Origin: an uncultured Maribacter sp. | GTDB lineage: Bacteria; Bacteroidota; Bacteroidia; Flavobacteriales; Flavobacteriaceae | DNA: 64,000 bases | Reading direction: 5' to 3' | Assembly (NCBI RefSeq): GCF_947500985.1 | Contig: NZ_CANMTX010000008.1 | Coordinates: 59,669-123,668 of the forward strand | Shown: positions 35,399-46,895 of the stretch, piece after piece | Layout of the letters: each line of letters opens with the position of its first letter | Position numbering within the stretch: position 1 is the stretch's first letter | Translations under genes and position numbers: made by a program | Notes under the pieces: generated by a model | Told to the model about the DNA's origin: nothing | What the model saw: the letters and a program-made list of their open reading frames with translations, nothing else | The model's database searches: none

Positions 35399-36502
35399 TT
35401 ATACTTTTATGTATACTCCTTTCTTATCCATAATATAACCAACAAGCCAGCAAGTAAACATAATCCATAAGGCAAATAACAGCGAGCCGAAATAATCACC
35501 AGCTGTGGCGATGAAAATATTATCTGCTATCCAGTTATAAGCGTTTGTGCCATTTATGGATGTCTCTGCTAAGCTGATAATGAATAATTCTGATAATAGG
35601 TAGATGAATAGGGTGTTTCTACCAAAGACCTCGAAGAAGTAGGTCCATTTGCCGGGTTTGGACATATCTAATAGATAGATTAAAACGGCTATGATAAATA
35701 TGTCAATTCCACTAGTTAATAATACAAACGAGCTAGACCATAATTTTTTATTGAACGGGAATATTAAATCCCATGCAAATCCTGCTACAACAAGAAGACC
35801 TGCAATCATTATAAGTTTTGCAATGGTTTCAAAATTCTGACCGCTCTTTTGAATGAATTTTCCGGTAAAATATCCTGCAATAACATTTACTATAGCAGGT
35901 AAGGTGCTTAATAATCCCTCGGGGTCAAAAGCTACGCCGCCATTACCATGATACATATGGTCTGCACCAATTAAGAATTTGTCAAGTTTTAATACGGCAT
36001 TCCCTGTCAATGATAAGTCGCCGAATACCAACAGTATAATATGATACCCTACTAAAGCCAAAGCGCTAAAGATCAAAACAAATTTTGTTTTAAAATAATA
36101 TAGTAGAATTGATGCAAATAAGTAGCATAGTGCAATTCGCTGTAATACTCCGAAAATTCTGGTTTCGGCAATCGGTTTTAAACCACCATCTTCAAAAAAT
36201 GGAAACCAATACATTAAAAAACCTAGTATAAAAATGATAGAAAAGCGTTTAAATACCTTTTTCAAAAATGCACCACTACCTTCTGCTTCGTATTTTTTCA
36301 TACTAAAACTCATGGCATTACCAACAACGAACAAAAAAGTAGGAAAGACTAAATCCGTAAGTGTAAATCCGTTCCAAACGGCATGTTTTAAAATTCCGAA
36401 ACTAGTGTCTCCATTTCCGGGGGAGTTCACTATAATCATAAGCGCAACATCCATCCCCCTAAAAACATCCAATGAAAGATATCGGTTTTTTAATTTATTC
36501 AT
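35399..36502 (-). CDS. HGSNAT/DUF5009-like membrane acyltransferase
   Basis: SLDVFRG, DLVFPTFLFVVG, GVLQRIAL, DPEGLLSTLP and NKKLWSSSFVL motifs. Confidence 0.85.
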   Translation of the reverse strand: MNKLKNRYLSLDVFRGMDVALMIIVNSPGNGDTSFGILKHAVWNGFTLTDLVFPTFLFVVGNAMSFSMKKYEAEGSGAFLKKVFKRFSIIFILGFLMYWFPFFEDGGLKPIAETRIFGVLQRIALCYLFASILLYYFKTKFVLIFSALALVGYHIILLVFGDLSLTGNAVLKLDKFLIGADHMYHGNGGVAFDPEGLLSTLPAIVNVIAGYFTGKFIQKSGQNFETIAKLIMIAGLLVVAGFAWDLIFPFNKKLWSSSFVLLTSGIDIFIIAVLIYLLDMSKPGKWTYFFEVFGRNTLFIYLLSELFIISLAETSINGTNAYNWIADNIFIATAGDYFGSLLFALWIMFTCWLVGYIMDKKGVYIKV

Positions 36503-36538
36503 ATTGGTTGGTTTGGTCTTATGAAAGATAACGATTAA

Positions 36539-37054
36539 TTAAAAATAAACACGTACAAATGGCATTAGTGCATTACCGTAAATGCTTTTGTTATCGTCAT
36601 ATAGTAAATCGTAGCGTATACCAAATGTTACATTTCTGTTGCTGTAACCTGCGCCAATAAAAAAAGCTGGTAGCCAATAGTTGTCTTCTATATCTATGGT
36701 CGTTGTAGCTATAGTTCTATTTATACGTAATTGTTCAAACTCTGCAGAAAGCTGTATTTGTGGAATTGGATTATATAGTGAGAGAACACTGCCGCCATAA
36801 GCCAGTAATTTATCTTCATCGAACTTTGCATAATTGAAGCTTAAGCTTGCACCAGATGCAAATTGATCGTTAAATTGATAAATAGCACTTGGTGCAATTG
36901 ATCCATTAAATCCATTATTTGTAAAACCTAAGCCAATACTTCCACCAAATCTTACGTTATTCCAGAAATCAGCATTGGTTTTTGAAGATTGAGCAAGAGA
37001 GAAAGTGATATTTAATGTTGCTAGCCCTATAAAAATTAATTTTTTTAAGCTCAT
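36539..37054 (-). CDS. Outer-membrane beta-barrel protein adjacent to sucA
   Basis: Signal peptide ending SLAQ, alternating beta strands, C-terminal VRVYF; ATG 37054 preferred. Confidence 0.75.
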   Translation of the reverse strand: MSLKKLIFIGLATLNITFSLAQSSKTNADFWNNVRFGGSIGLGFTNNGFNGSIAPSAIYQFNDQFASGASLSFNYAKFDEDKLLAYGGSVLSLYNPIPQIQLSAEFEQLRINRTIATTTIDIEDNYWLPAFFIGAGYSNRNVTFGIRYDLLYDDNKSIYGNALMPFVRVYF

Positions 37055-37171
37055 ATGATGATTTTGTTTTAAAGTTTCGTTTTTTTCAATAATACAGGCC
37101 ATTCTATCGTTAGATATTGTAAATGTTGTATTTTTGTTAGAAATTTATTCTAAAGATACAGAAAGTAATTC

Positions 37172-39967
37172 ATGGATAAATATTCCTTTTTAAATACCGT
37201 TCATACCTCTTTTTTTTCAGAGTTATACGATAAGTACTTAGTAAATCCAGATAGTGTAGAGCCAAGTTGGAGAGCCTTTTTTCAAGGATTCGATTTTGGA
37301 ATGGAGAGCTCTTTAGATGAGCTGGAAATCGATGAAAATCGCACTACAGTTGTAGTAAATGGCCACTCGAGTGAAATGCCAGAATCTCTTCAAAAAGAGT
37401 TTCAGGTAATTCGATTAATCGATGGTTATAGAAGCAGAGGTCATCTGTTTACTAAAACAAATCCCGTACGTGAGCGAAGACATTACGAACCAACTTTAGA
37501 AATTGAAAACTTCGGATTAGCTTCGTCTGATCTCGATACTATTTTTAATGCAGGTGACGTAATTGGTATAGGTCCAAATTCTTTAAAAGAGATTGTTAGA
37601 CATTTACAAAGTATCTATTGCGATGCTATTGGTGTAGAGTATATGTATATACGAAAGCCAGAGCGCGTTAAATGGATTCAAGATTGGATAAATGTAAATG
37701 ACAATCATCCGAATTTCGAGCCAGATCGTAAAAAGCACATTCTTAAGAAGCTTAATCATGCTATTTCTTTCGAAACTTTTTTGCATACTAAATATGTAGG
37801 GCAAAAAAGATTTTCTTTAGAGGGAAATGAATCGTTGATCCCTGCCTTAGATGTAATTGTAGAGCGCGCCGCTGAAATGGGTGTGAAGCAATTTGTTATG
37901 GGTATGGCACACCGTGGTAGATTAAATGTGCTTACCAATATATTTGGCAAATCGGCTAAAGATATCTTTAGTGAGTTTGACGGTAAAGATTACGAACAAG
38001 AGATTTTTGATGGAGACGTTAAGTATCACTTAGGTTGGACCTCTGATAGAAAATCTGATAACGGAAATAAAATTAAGATGAGTATTGCTCCTAATCCATC
38101 TCACTTAGAGACGGTAGGTGCAGTTGTTGAAGGTATTGCTAGAGCAAAACAAGATGCTGATTATCAAGATGATATTTCTAAGGTTTTACCTATTGTAGTT
38201 CATGGTGATGCTGCAATAGCAGGTCAAGGTTTGGTCTATGAAGTAGTTCAAATGGCTGGTCTTGATGGGTATAAGACTGGTGGCACCATACATATAGTTG
38301 TAAACAACCAAATTGGGTTTACTACGAATTACTTAGATGCTAGAACGTCTACTTATTGTACCGATGTTGCTAAGGTAACATTGAGTCCGGTATTACATGT
38401 TAATGCAGATGATGCAGAGGCGGTAGTACACGCATCTCTTTTTGCGTTAGAATATAGAATGCGCTTTAAGGGTGATGTATTTATAGATTTGTTAGGATAT
38501 AGAAAATACGGGCATAATGAAGGTGATGAGCCAAGATTTACACAGCCTAAATTATATAAAGCAATATCAAAGCATAAGAATCCAAGAGATATCTATGCGG
38601 AAAGACTGATTCAAGAAGGTGTTATTGATGGCACTTATGTAAAGCAGTTAGAAAAACAGTATAAAGATTCTCTAGAAGAAAAATTAGAAGATTCACGTAA
38701 AGAAGATAAAACTGTAATTACACCGTTCATGGCAGATGAATGGAAAGGTTTTGAAAATGTACGTGAGTGGGAAATGATGGATGCGGTGAATACTAAATTC
38801 ACTAAAACTAAATTGAATAAAATTGCCAAAGTAATTACGGCTTTACCAGAAGGTAAAAAGTTTTTACGTAAAGTTGAGAAATTGGTTAAAGACAGATACA
38901 ATATGTATTTTGAAGCCGATAATCTTGACTGGGCAATGGGAGAACTTTTGGCATACGGGTCTTTATTAGAAGAAGGTTATGCGGTTCGTATGTCTGGACA
39001 GGATGTAGAGCGTGGTACCTTTTCTCACCGTCATGCGGTAATGAAAGTTGAAGAAAGTGAAGAAGAGGTTATTTTATTAAATCACCTTTCTGAAAAGCAA
39101 GCTAAATTTCAAATATACAATTCACTATTGTCAGAATATGGTGTGGTAGGTTTTGACTATGGTTACGCCATGGCTAGCCCTAATACATTAACTATTTGGG
39201 AAGCACAATTTGGAGATTTCAGTAATGGAGCTCAAATTATGATTGACCAGTATATTTCTGCGGCAGAAGATAAGTGGAAGCTTCAAAACGGTTTGGTAAT
39301 GTTATTGCCACACGGTTATGAGGGGCAAGGTGCTGAACACTCTTCTGCGAGAATGGAGCGTTACTTACAATTGTGTGCTAAGGATAATATGTATATAGCA
39401 GATGTGACTACACCAGCACAAATGTTCCATATTCTTCGTAGACAAATGAAGTCTAATTTTAGAAAGCCATTGATCATATTTACTCCTAAGAGTTTGTTGA
39501 GACATCCAAGGGCGGTATCTAAAATTGCTGATTTAACCGGTGGTGGTTTCCAAGAAGTAATAGATGATGAAACTGCAGATGCTAAAAAGGTAAAAAGTTT
39601 AGTATTCTGTACAGGTAAGTTCTATTATGATTTGCTAGCTGCTAAAGAAGAGAACAATAGAGGTGATGTTGCTTTGGTAAGGGTGGAGCAGTTGTTTCCT
39701 ATACCGGAAAAACAAATGAATGCGGCTATTGCAAAGTATAAAAATGCAGATGACGTGGTGTGGGCTCAAGAAGAACCTAGAAACATGGGTGCATGGAGCC
39801 ATTTATTAACGCATTTTGATGAGGCTCGAAATTTTAGAGTAGTGTCTAGACGTTTTTATGCGGCACCTGCAGCAGGTAGTTCTGTACGTTCAAAAGCACG
39901 TCACCAACAAGTTATAGATTACGTCTTTGACAAGACAAAGGACAATATGTCCAAACCTAAAAAATAA
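37172..39967 (+). CDS. sucA: 2-oxoglutarate dehydrogenase E1
   Basis: [31 protein letters not shown] and [16 protein letters not shown] promoter element at 37129-37136. Confidence 0.97.
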   Translation: MDKYSFLNTVHTSFFSELYDKYLVNPDSVEPSWRAFFQGFDFGMESSLDELEIDENRTTVVVNGHSSEMPESLQKEFQVIRLIDGYRSRGHLFTKTNPVRERRHYEPTLEIENFGLASSDLDTIFNAGDVIGIGPNSLKEIVRHLQSIYCDAIGVEYMYIRKPERVKWIQDWINVNDNHPNFEPDRKKHILKKLNHAISFETFLHTKYVGQKRFSLEGNESLIPALDVIVERAAEMGVKQFVMGMAHRGRLNVLTNIFGKSAKDIFSEFDGKDYEQEIFDGDVKYHLGWTSDRKSDNGNKIKMSIAPNPSHLETVGAVVEGIARAKQDADYQDDISKVLPIVVHGDAAIAGQGLVYEVVQMAGLDGYKTGGTIHIVVNNQIGFTTNYLDARTSTYCTDVAKVTLSPVLHVNADDAEAVVHASLFALEYRMRFKGDVFIDLLGYRKYGHNEGDEPRFTQPKLYKAISKHKNPRDIYAERLIQEGVIDGTYVKQLEKQYKDSLEEKLEDSRKEDKTVITPFMADEWKGFENVREWEMMDAVNTKFTKTKLNKIAKVITALPEGKKFLRKVEKLVKDRYNMYFEADNLDWAMGELLAYGSLLEEGYAVRMSGQDVERGTFSHRHAVMKVEESEEEVILLNHLSEKQAKFQIYNSLLSEYGVVGFDYGYAMASPNTLTIWEAQFGDFSNGAQIMIDQYISAAEDKWKLQNGLVMLLPHGYEGQGAEHSSARMERYLQLCAKDNMYIADVTTPAQMFHILRRQMKSNFRKPLIIFTPKSLLRHPRAVSKIADLTGGGFQEVIDDETADAKKVKSLVFCTGKFYYDLLAAKEENNRGDVALVRVEQLFPIPEKQMNAAIAKYKNADDVVWAQEEPRNMGAWSHLLTHFDEARNFRVVSRRFYAAPAAGSSVRSKARHQQVIDYVFDKTKDNMSKPKK

Positions 39968-39992
39968 TATAACATATCAAATTATAGAAAGA

Positions 39993-41213
39993 ATGATTCT
40001 AGAAATGAAAGTCCCTTCGCCGGGAGAGTCTATCACAGAAGTAGAGATAGCGGAATGGTTAGTTGAAGATGGGGATTATGTAGAAAAAGATCAAGCAATT
40101 GCAGAAGTAGATTCAGATAAGGCTACTTTAGAATTGCCTGCAGAAGTAAGTGGTATAATTACATTGAAAGCAGAAGAAGGTGATGCTGTTGCCGTTGGTG
40201 CTGTTGTTTGTTTGATAGACACAAGTGCAGCGAAACCAGAAGGTGCGGCAGACGCATCTAGTGCTCCGAAAGAAGAGAAAATAGAAGCGCCTAAGGCTGA
40301 GAAAGCTCCTCAGCCAGCTAAAGCTAAGGAAACTTATGCTTCGGGTGTGCCTTCACCGGCAGCAAAGAAAATACTTGACGAAAAAGGAGTGGATAGTAAA
40401 TCTGTTTCTGGTTCAGGTCGTGATGGAAGAATTACTAAAGAAGATGCTGTAAGTGCAGTGCCTTCTATGGGATCGCCTACTGGCGGTAACCGTGGTGAGA
40501 CTCGTTCAAAACTTTCCATGTTAAGAAGAAAAGTCGCTGAAAGATTGGTGTCTGCAAAGAATGAAACAGCTATGTTAACCACTTTCAACGAAGTGGATAT
40601 GAGTGCTGTTTTTGAACTTAGAAGTAAGTACAAGGAAGCTTTTAAAAGTAAACATGGTGTTGGATTAGGATTTATGTCCTTCTTCACAAAAGCTGTGGTT
40701 AGAGCTTTAGAAATGTATCCTGCCGTTAATTCTATGATTGATGGTAAAGAAATGGTGTCTTATGATTTCTGTGATATTAGTATTGCAGTGTCTGGACCAA
40801 AAGGATTAATGGTTCCTGTAATCAGAAATGCTGAAAACTTAACATTTAGAGGTGTTGAGGCAGAAGTTAAAAGGTTGGCCTTAAGAGCTCGTGATGGCGA
40901 AATTACGGTTGATGAAATGACAGGTGGTACATTTACTATTACTAATGGTGGTGTATTCGGTTCTATGTTGTCTACGCCAATTATCAACCCGCCACAAAGT
41001 GCTATTTTAGGTATGCATAATATTGTGGAAAGACCAATTGCTCGTGATGGAGCTATTGCAATTGCACCTATAATGTATGTTGCAGTTTCTTATGATCACC
41101 GTATTATTGATGGTAAAGAATCTGTTGGTTTCTTGGTAGCTATAAAAGAAGCTTTGGAGAATCCTGAAGAGTTATTGATGGATAATAATGTAAAGAAAGC
41201 TTTAGAAATGTAA
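39993..41213 (+). CDS. sucB: 2-oxoglutarate dehydrogenase E2 (dihydrolipoamide succinyltransferase)
   Basis: Lipoyl domain [19 protein letters not shown] and [11 protein letters not shown] 39993 (MILEMK) preferred. Confidence 0.97.
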   Translation: MILEMKVPSPGESITEVEIAEWLVEDGDYVEKDQAIAEVDSDKATLELPAEVSGIITLKAEEGDAVAVGAVVCLIDTSAAKPEGAADASSAPKEEKIEAPKAEKAPQPAKAKETYASGVPSPAAKKILDEKGVDSKSVSGSGRDGRITKEDAVSAVPSMGSPTGGNRGETRSKLSMLRRKVAERLVSAKNETAMLTTFNEVDMSAVFELRSKYKEAFKSKHGVGLGFMSFFTKAVVRALEMYPAVNSMIDGKEMVSYDFCDISIAVSGPKGLMVPVIRNAENLTFRGVEAEVKRLALRARDGEITVDEMTGGTFTITNGGVFGSMLSTPIINPPQSAILGMHNIVERPIARDGAIAIAPIMYVAVSYDHRIIDGKESVGFLVAIKEALENPEELLMDNNVKKALEM

Positions 41214-41236
41214 ATTTTCTAAAATTTGATATATGT

Positions 41237-41266
41237 AAAAAGCGTTGGGTAGTCTCAACGCTTTTT
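41237..41266. terminator. Bidirectional intrinsic terminator
   Basis: AAAAAGCGTTGGG-tagt-CTCAACGCTTTTT. Confidence 0.8.
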
Positions 41267-41704
41267 CTTTTTTAAATAGATACACTTTTTATTGTAATCT
41301 ATAATTGCCTTCGATTTTTTTAGAATATCAGCTCCTATAATCCCGTCTACTGGTTCTGCATTGTGGGCAGTTAAAGCTTCATTAACATGTTTAAGGTCGA
41401 AAAGTACTATCTCTAGTTTTTTATACTTCCAAGAATTGATGTCAATCGTATTCTTTTTAGAAACTAAGGTTTCCATATTAGTTGCACCTGCTCCCGCAGC
41501 TTTAATGATAGATTCTTCAGAAATTAATTTGAAATGATTAATACGGTCCATTCCGATACATGTATTAGATGCTCCGGTATCTAAAATAAATCGTCCAGGC
41601 ACAGAATTTATTTCTGCACAAATTTCAAAATGGTCGGTAGCAGTCAAAACTAAAGGTATGCGCACGTAATCTTTATCCTTCAAAAACTTTTTGAGGGTAC
41701 TCAT
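41255..41704 (-). CDS. Retropepsin-like aspartic protease
   Basis: FILDTGASNT catalytic motif and DGIIGADIL. Confidence 0.88.
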   Translation of the reverse strand: MSTLKKFLKDKDYVRIPLVLTATDHFEICAEINSVPGRFILDTGASNTCIGMDRINHFKLISEESIIKAAGAGATNMETLVSKKNTIDINSWKYKKLEIVLFDLKHVNEALTAHNAEPVDGIIGADILKKSKAIIDYNKKCIYLKKKKR

Positions 41705-41717
41705 AATTCATTTTTTT

Positions 41718-41737
41718 CAAAGATAAGCCTATTTTTG
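41718..41737. promoter_or_regulatory. Back-to-back divergent -7 promoter elements
   Basis: Minus-strand TATCTTTG (41718-25) and plus-strand TATTTTTG (41730-37) in a 37-bp gap. Confidence 0.6.
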
Positions 41738-41741
41738 CGGC

Positions 41742-42509
41742 ATGATAATAACCGATACGCATACCCATTTATATAGTGAGGCTTTTGATGATGACCGAAA
41801 AGAAGCAATACAGAAAGCCATTGATTTAGGAGTAGAGCGATTTTTTATTCCTGCTATAGATTCTACCTATACAGAAAGCATGTTGGCTTTAGAAAAAGAA
41901 TTTCCGGGTCATATGTTCTTGATGACGGGCTTGCATCCCACGCATGTGAAAGAAAATTTTGAGGAAGAGCTAGCGCATGTTGAAGAAATGTTGGGTAAGC
42001 ATACCTATTATGCGATTGGGGAGATAGGAATTGATCTGTATTGGGAAAACAAGTACTTAAAAGAGCAGCAAATTGCTTTTAGAAAGCAAATACAAATAGC
42101 GAAGAAGCATAAATTGCCTATCGTTATTCATTGTCGAGACGCTTTTGAAGAGGTTTTTGAAATACTAGAGGAGGAGAAAGGAGATGATTTAAGAGGAATT
42201 TTTCATTGCTTTACCGGTACATATGAGCAGGCAAAAAAAGCAATATCATATAATATGAAGTTGGGTATAGGTGGTGTAGTGACTTTTAAAAACGGTAAAA
42301 TAGATACTTTTTTAAAAGAAATTGATTTAAAACATATTGTGCTAGAAACCGATTCTCCTTATTTAGCGCCTACACCTTATAGAGGTAAGAGAAACGAAAG
42401 TGCTTATATAGTTAATGTGCTTGAGAAGCTGGCAGACATTCATAGTGTACCTAATGAACAAATAGCTTTAGAGACTACGAATAACTCTAAAGAAGTTTTC
42501 GGAATTTAA
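41742..42509 (+). CDS. tatD: TatD family hydrolase
   Basis: DTHTH, GLHP, IGEIGID, IHCR, HCF and LETDSPYLAP motifs. Confidence 0.93.
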   Translation: MIITDTHTHLYSEAFDDDRKEAIQKAIDLGVERFFIPAIDSTYTESMLALEKEFPGHMFLMTGLHPTHVKENFEEELAHVEEMLGKHTYYAIGEIGIDLYWENKYLKEQQIAFRKQIQIAKKHKLPIVIHCRDAFEEVFEILEEEKGDDLRGIFHCFTGTYEQAKKAISYNMKLGIGGVVTFKNGKIDTFLKEIDLKHIVLETDSPYLAPTPYRGKRNESAYIVNVLEKLADIHSVPNEQIALETTNNSKEVFGI

Positions 42510-42531
42510 TAATCAACTAAAAGGCAGAGTT

Positions 42532-43563
42532 TTGGGTATAGAGAAAAGAAATATTTTATTGATTTATACGGGTGGTACTATAGGTATGATGAAAGATTAT
42601 ACCTCAGGGGCACTTAAGGCTTTTGATTTTTCGCAATTGTTGAAGAATATACCAGAGCTAAATCAATTAGATTGTACGATATCTAGTTTTTCTTTCGAAC
42701 ACCCTATCGATTCATCTAATATGAATCCGACGCATTGGGTCACAATAGCTGATATTATTGCAGGGAAATATAACGAGTATGATGGTTTTGTAGTATTACA
42801 TGGTAGTGATACTATGAGTTACACAGCTTCTGCTTTAAGCTTTTTGCTTGAAAATTTGACAAAACCGGTGATATTGACAGGTTCGCAATTACCAATTGGA
42901 GATTTAAGAACCGATGCCAAAGAAAATTTAATAACTGCCATACAAATTGCTGCTTTGTATAAAAAAGGTAAGCCAGTTATACAAGAAGTCGGTCTCTATT
43001 TTGAATATAAATTGTATCGTGGTAATAGAACTACGAAGATAAATGCAGAGCAATTTCAAGCTTTTGCATCATTAAATTACCCTCATTTAATTGAATCGGG
43101 AGTGCATTTGACCGTTTTTAATGAATATTTATTGCCTCAAAAAAGAAAATTAACGTTAAAATCTCATAGAAATATGGACGATAATGTGGCTATTTTGAAA
43201 ATATTTCCGGGAATTAACAAAAATGTTATTGATGCAATTTTGCAAGCTGAAAATTTAAAAGCGTTGGTTTTGGAGACGTATGGTTCTGGAAATGCGCCGA
43301 TGGAAGAATGGTTTTTAGAGAAATTGAATAATGCAATAAATAAAGGTATACATATTATTAATGTTACACAGTGTTCTGGTGGCGCCGTTATGATGGGGCA
43401 TTATGAAACGAGCTCTAGGCTTAAGAAAATGCAAGTAATTAATGGTAAGGATATTACAACTGAGGCTGCTATTACAAAGGCAATGTACTTGCTCGGTAGT
43501 GGTGTGTCTCATGAGTTGTTTAAAACTGTTTTCGAGACTTCTTTACGAGGAGAGATGGTATAA
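42532..43563 (+). CDS. ansA: Type I L-asparaginase
   Basis: YTGGTIGM, HGSDTMSYTAS, LTGSQLP and YGSGN motifs. Confidence 0.92.
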   Translation: MGIEKRNILLIYTGGTIGMMKDYTSGALKAFDFSQLLKNIPELNQLDCTISSFSFEHPIDSSNMNPTHWVTIADIIAGKYNEYDGFVVLHGSDTMSYTASALSFLLENLTKPVILTGSQLPIGDLRTDAKENLITAIQIAALYKKGKPVIQEVGLYFEYKLYRGNRTTKINAEQFQAFASLNYPHLIESGVHLTVFNEYLLPQKRKLTLKSHRNMDDNVAILKIFPGINKNVIDAILQAENLKALVLETYGSGNAPMEEWFLEKLNNAINKGIHIINVTQCSGGAVMMGHYETSSRLKKMQVINGKDITTEAAITKAMYLLGSGVSHELFKTVFETSLRGEMV

Positions 43564-43634
43564 ATTTAACAGTGGTTTAATTTTTTAAACTAATATTTTT
43601 TTTGTTATTTGCCCACCCTTAAAAAAGGTATCTT

Positions 43635-43722
43635 AGAGAGGTGGCCGAGTGGTCGAAGGCGCACGCCTGGAAAGTGTGTATACCCCAAAAGGGTATCGAG
43701 GGTTCGAATCCCTTCCTCTCTG
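43635..43722 (+). tRNA. tRNA-Ser(GGA)
   Basis: Acceptor AGAGAGG/CCTCTCT, anticodon arm CACGC-CT GGA AA-GTGTG, long variable arm, GTTCGAA T-loop. Confidence 0.97.
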
Positions 43723-43799
43723 CAAGTAAGTTTTACTTTTTTTATATTGTTTTTTTTTTATCTTTAACCCTATTAACTAACTAATTTAAGTTCAGAAAA

Positions 43800-44549
43800 A
43801 TGAAAAAATTATTCCCAAGCCTAGCAGTCGCTGGGGCATTTGTAGCAGGTACAAATATTGTAAGTGCAAAAGTAGCAGCAGTAGCGTTGCTAGTTCAAGA
43901 AGGAGCTCCTGAAGCGGAAAGAGGATTTACTCAACTATTAAAAGAGATGTTCATTACTGGTGGTGCCGGTTTCATGGGTATCGTACTTTTATGTTTGATC
44001 CTTGGTTTGGCAGTTGCTATTGAAAGAATTATTTATTTGAACATGGCTAGCACAAATTCTGCCAAGTTGAAACAACAAGTTGAAGACGCATTGGCATCTG
44101 GTGGTGTTGAAGCTGCAAAAGAAGTTTGTAGAAATACAAAAGGTCCTGTTGCTTCTATATACTACCAAGGTTTAGATAGAGCTGGTGAGAGCATCGAGTC
44201 TGCTGAAAAAGCGGTTGTTGCTTATGGTGGTGTTCAAATGGGTCAATTAGAGAAAAACGTTTCTTGGTTGTCTTTATTTATCGCTATTGCTCCAATGCTT
44301 GGTTTCATGGGTACGGTAATTGGTATGATCGCAGCCTTCCAAAAGATTGCAGCTGTTGGTAACTTAAGTGCATCTCTTATTGCAGGTGATATTCAGGTTG
44401 CATTATTAACAACTGTATTTGGTCTTATTACGGCTATTATCCTTCAAATTTTCTATAATTACATTATCGCTAAAATTGATAGCATCGTTAATGATATGGA
44501 AGACTCTTCGATTACTTTAATCGATATGTTGGTAGATCACAAAAAATAA
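43800..44549 (+). CDS. exbB: MotA/TolQ/ExbB proton channel protein
   Basis: APMLGFMGTVIGMI and ALLTTVFGL motifs. Confidence 0.92.
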   Translation: MKKLFPSLAVAGAFVAGTNIVSAKVAAVALLVQEGAPEAERGFTQLLKEMFITGGAGFMGIVLLCLILGLAVAIERIIYLNMASTNSAKLKQQVEDALASGGVEAAKEVCRNTKGPVASIYYQGLDRAGESIESAEKAVVAYGGVQMGQLEKNVSWLSLFIAIAPMLGFMGTVIGMIAAFQKIAAVGNLSASLIAGDIQVALLTTVFGLITAIILQIFYNYIIAKIDSIVNDMEDSSITLIDMLVDHKK

Positions 44550-44574
44550 GTATCACTTTTAATACCTAAAAATT

Positions 44575-45006
44575 ATGCAAAAAATTATTAAAATAGCATT
44601 AATTGCTATAGGTGTATTAAGTGCTATACTATGGTATTTATTACCAAGTTCAGATATGCCGGCAGCTGAGGCTGCTTCAAGTGGAGCTTTGAACACAATG
44701 TTTATTATTACTTATCTTTTATTAGGTATAGCGGTTGTAGTAAGTTTAGTGTTTACTCTAAAAAACTTATTTGCAAACCCACAAGGTCTTAAAAAGACAT
44801 TGTTCGTAGTAGGTGGTTTTTTATTAGTAGTTGGAATTTCTTATGTTTTAGCAAGTGGAACGGATGTTGATCCAGAATTCGCAGCTATGACAGATGAAGG
44901 TACAGTGAAGAATATTGGAATGGGATTGAATGTATTTTTTATCCTTACAATAATCGCAATACTTTCTTTAGTAGTACCAGCTGTTAAAAACATGTTTAGT
45001 AAATAA
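44575..45006 (+). CDS. Multi-pass membrane protein within the exbB-exbD operon
   Basis: 143 aa with about four hydrophobic helices, co-oriented between exbB and exbD. Confidence 0.8.
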   Translation: MQKIIKIALIAIGVLSAILWYLLPSSDMPAAEAASSGALNTMFIITYLLLGIAVVVSLVFTLKNLFANPQGLKKTLFVVGGFLLVVGISYVLASGTDVDPEFAAMTDEGTVKNIGMGLNVFFILTIIAILSLVVPAVKNMFSK

Positions 45007-45020
45007 TAAAATAAAGAACT

Positions 45021-45644
45021 ATGGCTAGAAGAGCAGGAGCACCAGAAGTTAGTGCGGGTTCAATGGCGGACATAGCTTTCCTTTTACTTATCTTTTTCTT
45101 AGTAACAACTACTATTGAAACAGATGCAGGTTTGGATCGTATGTTACCACCAATGGAGCCACCTACGGAAGCACCACCAATTATTAAGCAAAAGAACATT
45201 TTTACGGTTAATATTAACCGAAATGGTCAATTGTTGGTGGAAGATGAGATTCTTTCAATAGATAAATTGCGTGAAAAAGCAATGGCGTTTTTAGATAACG
45301 GTGGAGCACCATCAGGAAGTCCTGATTATTGTAGCTACTGTAAAGGAAAGCGTAATGCTGAATCTTCGGATAATCCGATGAAAGCAATTATCTCTTTAAA
45401 GAATGATCGTGAAACAAAGTATAGTACTTACATAACAGTTCAAAACGAATTGGTAGGTGCATACAACGATCTTAGAAATAGAGAAGCTAAGCGTTTATTT
45501 GGTAAAGATTATGTTGCTATGGAAGCTGAGTATTTGAACCCTGAAACTGATGATTCTGTTAAAGAAGAATTGAAAGAAAAGGTACAAAGAATACAAGGTT
45601 TGTTTCCGCAGAAATTATCTGAAGCTGAAACTTCAAGCGAATAA
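45021..45644 (+). CDS. exbD: ExbD/TolR family protein
   Basis: EVSAGSMADIAFLLLIFFLVTT motif. Confidence 0.92.
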   Translation: MARRAGAPEVSAGSMADIAFLLLIFFLVTTTIETDAGLDRMLPPMEPPTEAPPIIKQKNIFTVNINRNGQLLVEDEILSIDKLREKAMAFLDNGGAPSGSPDYCSYCKGKRNAESSDNPMKAIISLKNDRETKYSTYITVQNELVGAYNDLRNREAKRLFGKDYVAMEAEYLNPETDDSVKEELKEKVQRIQGLFPQKLSEAETSSE

Positions 45645-45666
45645 TTAATAAATTAAAAGTAACACT

Positions 45667-46149
45667 ATGTCAAAATTTGCAAAGAAAAAAGATGGAGAGG
45701 TACCAGCGGTATCAACAGCTTCCCTTCCTGACATTGTATTTATGCTTTTGTTTTTCTTTATGACGGTAACCGTTATGAAGGATAGTTCCTTGAAAGTTGA
45801 AAACGTACTTCCGAATGCTAGTGAAGTAAAGAAATTGGAAAAGAAAGATCGTGTAATCTATATTTATGTTGGTAAACCAACTAGAGAATATGAGAAGACT
45901 TTTGGTACTGAGCCAAAAATTCAATTAAACGACAAATTCGCTAGTCCTTCTGAAGTTGGTGATTATATTTTGATGGAAAGAGCTAAAAAGCCTCAAGAAA
46001 TTCAGAATGTATTGACTACAGCACTTAAGGTTGATAAGAACGCTAGTATGGGATTGATATCCGATATTAAACAAGAGTTAAGAAAGGTAAACGCTTTAAA
46101 GGTAAATTATACTACCTATGAAGGTGATGCTTTCAATAATCTACAATAG
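45667..46149 (+). CDS. exbD: ExbD/TolR family protein
   Basis: VSTASLPDIVFMLLFFFM motif. Confidence 0.92.
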   Translation: MSKFAKKKDGEVPAVSTASLPDIVFMLLFFFMTVTVMKDSSLKVENVLPNASEVKKLEKKDRVIYIYVGKPTREYEKTFGTEPKIQLNDKFASPSEVGDYILMERAKKPQEIQNVLTTALKVDKNASMGLISDIKQELRKVNALKVNYTTYEGDAFNNLQ

Positions 46150-46175
46150 TTAGTTAAGTAGAATATTACATTTTC

Positions 46176-46207
46176 AAAACGCTTCAAATTTATTTGAAGC
46201 GTTTTTT
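46176..46207 (+). terminator. Intrinsic terminator of the exb operon
   Basis: AAAACGCTTCAAAT-tt-ATTTGAAGCGTTTT plus T run. Confidence 0.85.
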
Positions 46208-46226
46208 ATTTCATTAACTTTACTTT

Positions 46227-46895
46227 ATGCGTTTTGCCATTTTATTTTTATTAGTAGTTCTGCATTCTAATGCTCAGGTAGTATCAGATAGTATTTCAAA
46301 TACACGGTATTTTGAAGATCAGTTTTATGTTGGTTTATCGTATAACTTTATATTGAACCATCCGGAGGGTTCTAATCAACGTAACCTTTCTTATGGTCTG
46401 CAAGCCGGTGTAATAAAAGATATTCCTTTAAACAAGACAGGAACAAAGGCTATAGGCATTGGGGCTGGTTTGGCTTTGAATAGTTATTATTCAAACTTAG
46501 TTGTCGATATAACTGGTGATGATATTACGTATAGTATAAATGATGATATTACTAGAAGTAAGCTAGAGACACATTTAGTTGAGTTTCCTTTAGAGTTTAG
46601 ATGGCGAAATTCTACTGCTGAAGATTATAAATTTTGGCGTGTTTATGGTGGTATTAAGGCTGCTTATGTTTTAGGAGCTCGTTCAAAGTATGACTTAGGT
46701 GATATCAGTGAAGGGTTTAAGAATACAGACTTAACTAAATTTCAATACGGACTAACTTTAAGTTTTGGCTATAATACCTTCAATCTTCATGCGTATTATG
46801 CCTTAACTGAACTCTTCGATGGTAATGCTTCGGTCAATGGTGAGGTCTTGCAATATAGACCGTTACGTATAGGTCTTATTTTCTATATTCTATAA
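46227..46895 (+). CDS. Outer-membrane beta-barrel (porin family) protein
   Basis: Signal peptide ending NAQ; YFEDQFY, EFPLEFRWR and GLTLSFGYNTFN motifs. Confidence 0.8.
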   Translation: MRFAILFLLVVLHSNAQVVSDSISNTRYFEDQFYVGLSYNFILNHPEGSNQRNLSYGLQAGVIKDIPLNKTGTKAIGIGAGLALNSYYSNLVVDITGDDITYSINDDITRSKLETHLVEFPLEFRWRNSTAEDYKFWRVYGGIKAAYVLGARSKYDLGDISEGFKNTDLTKFQYGLTLSFGYNTFNLHAYYALTELFDGNASVNGEVLQYRPLRIGLIFYIL

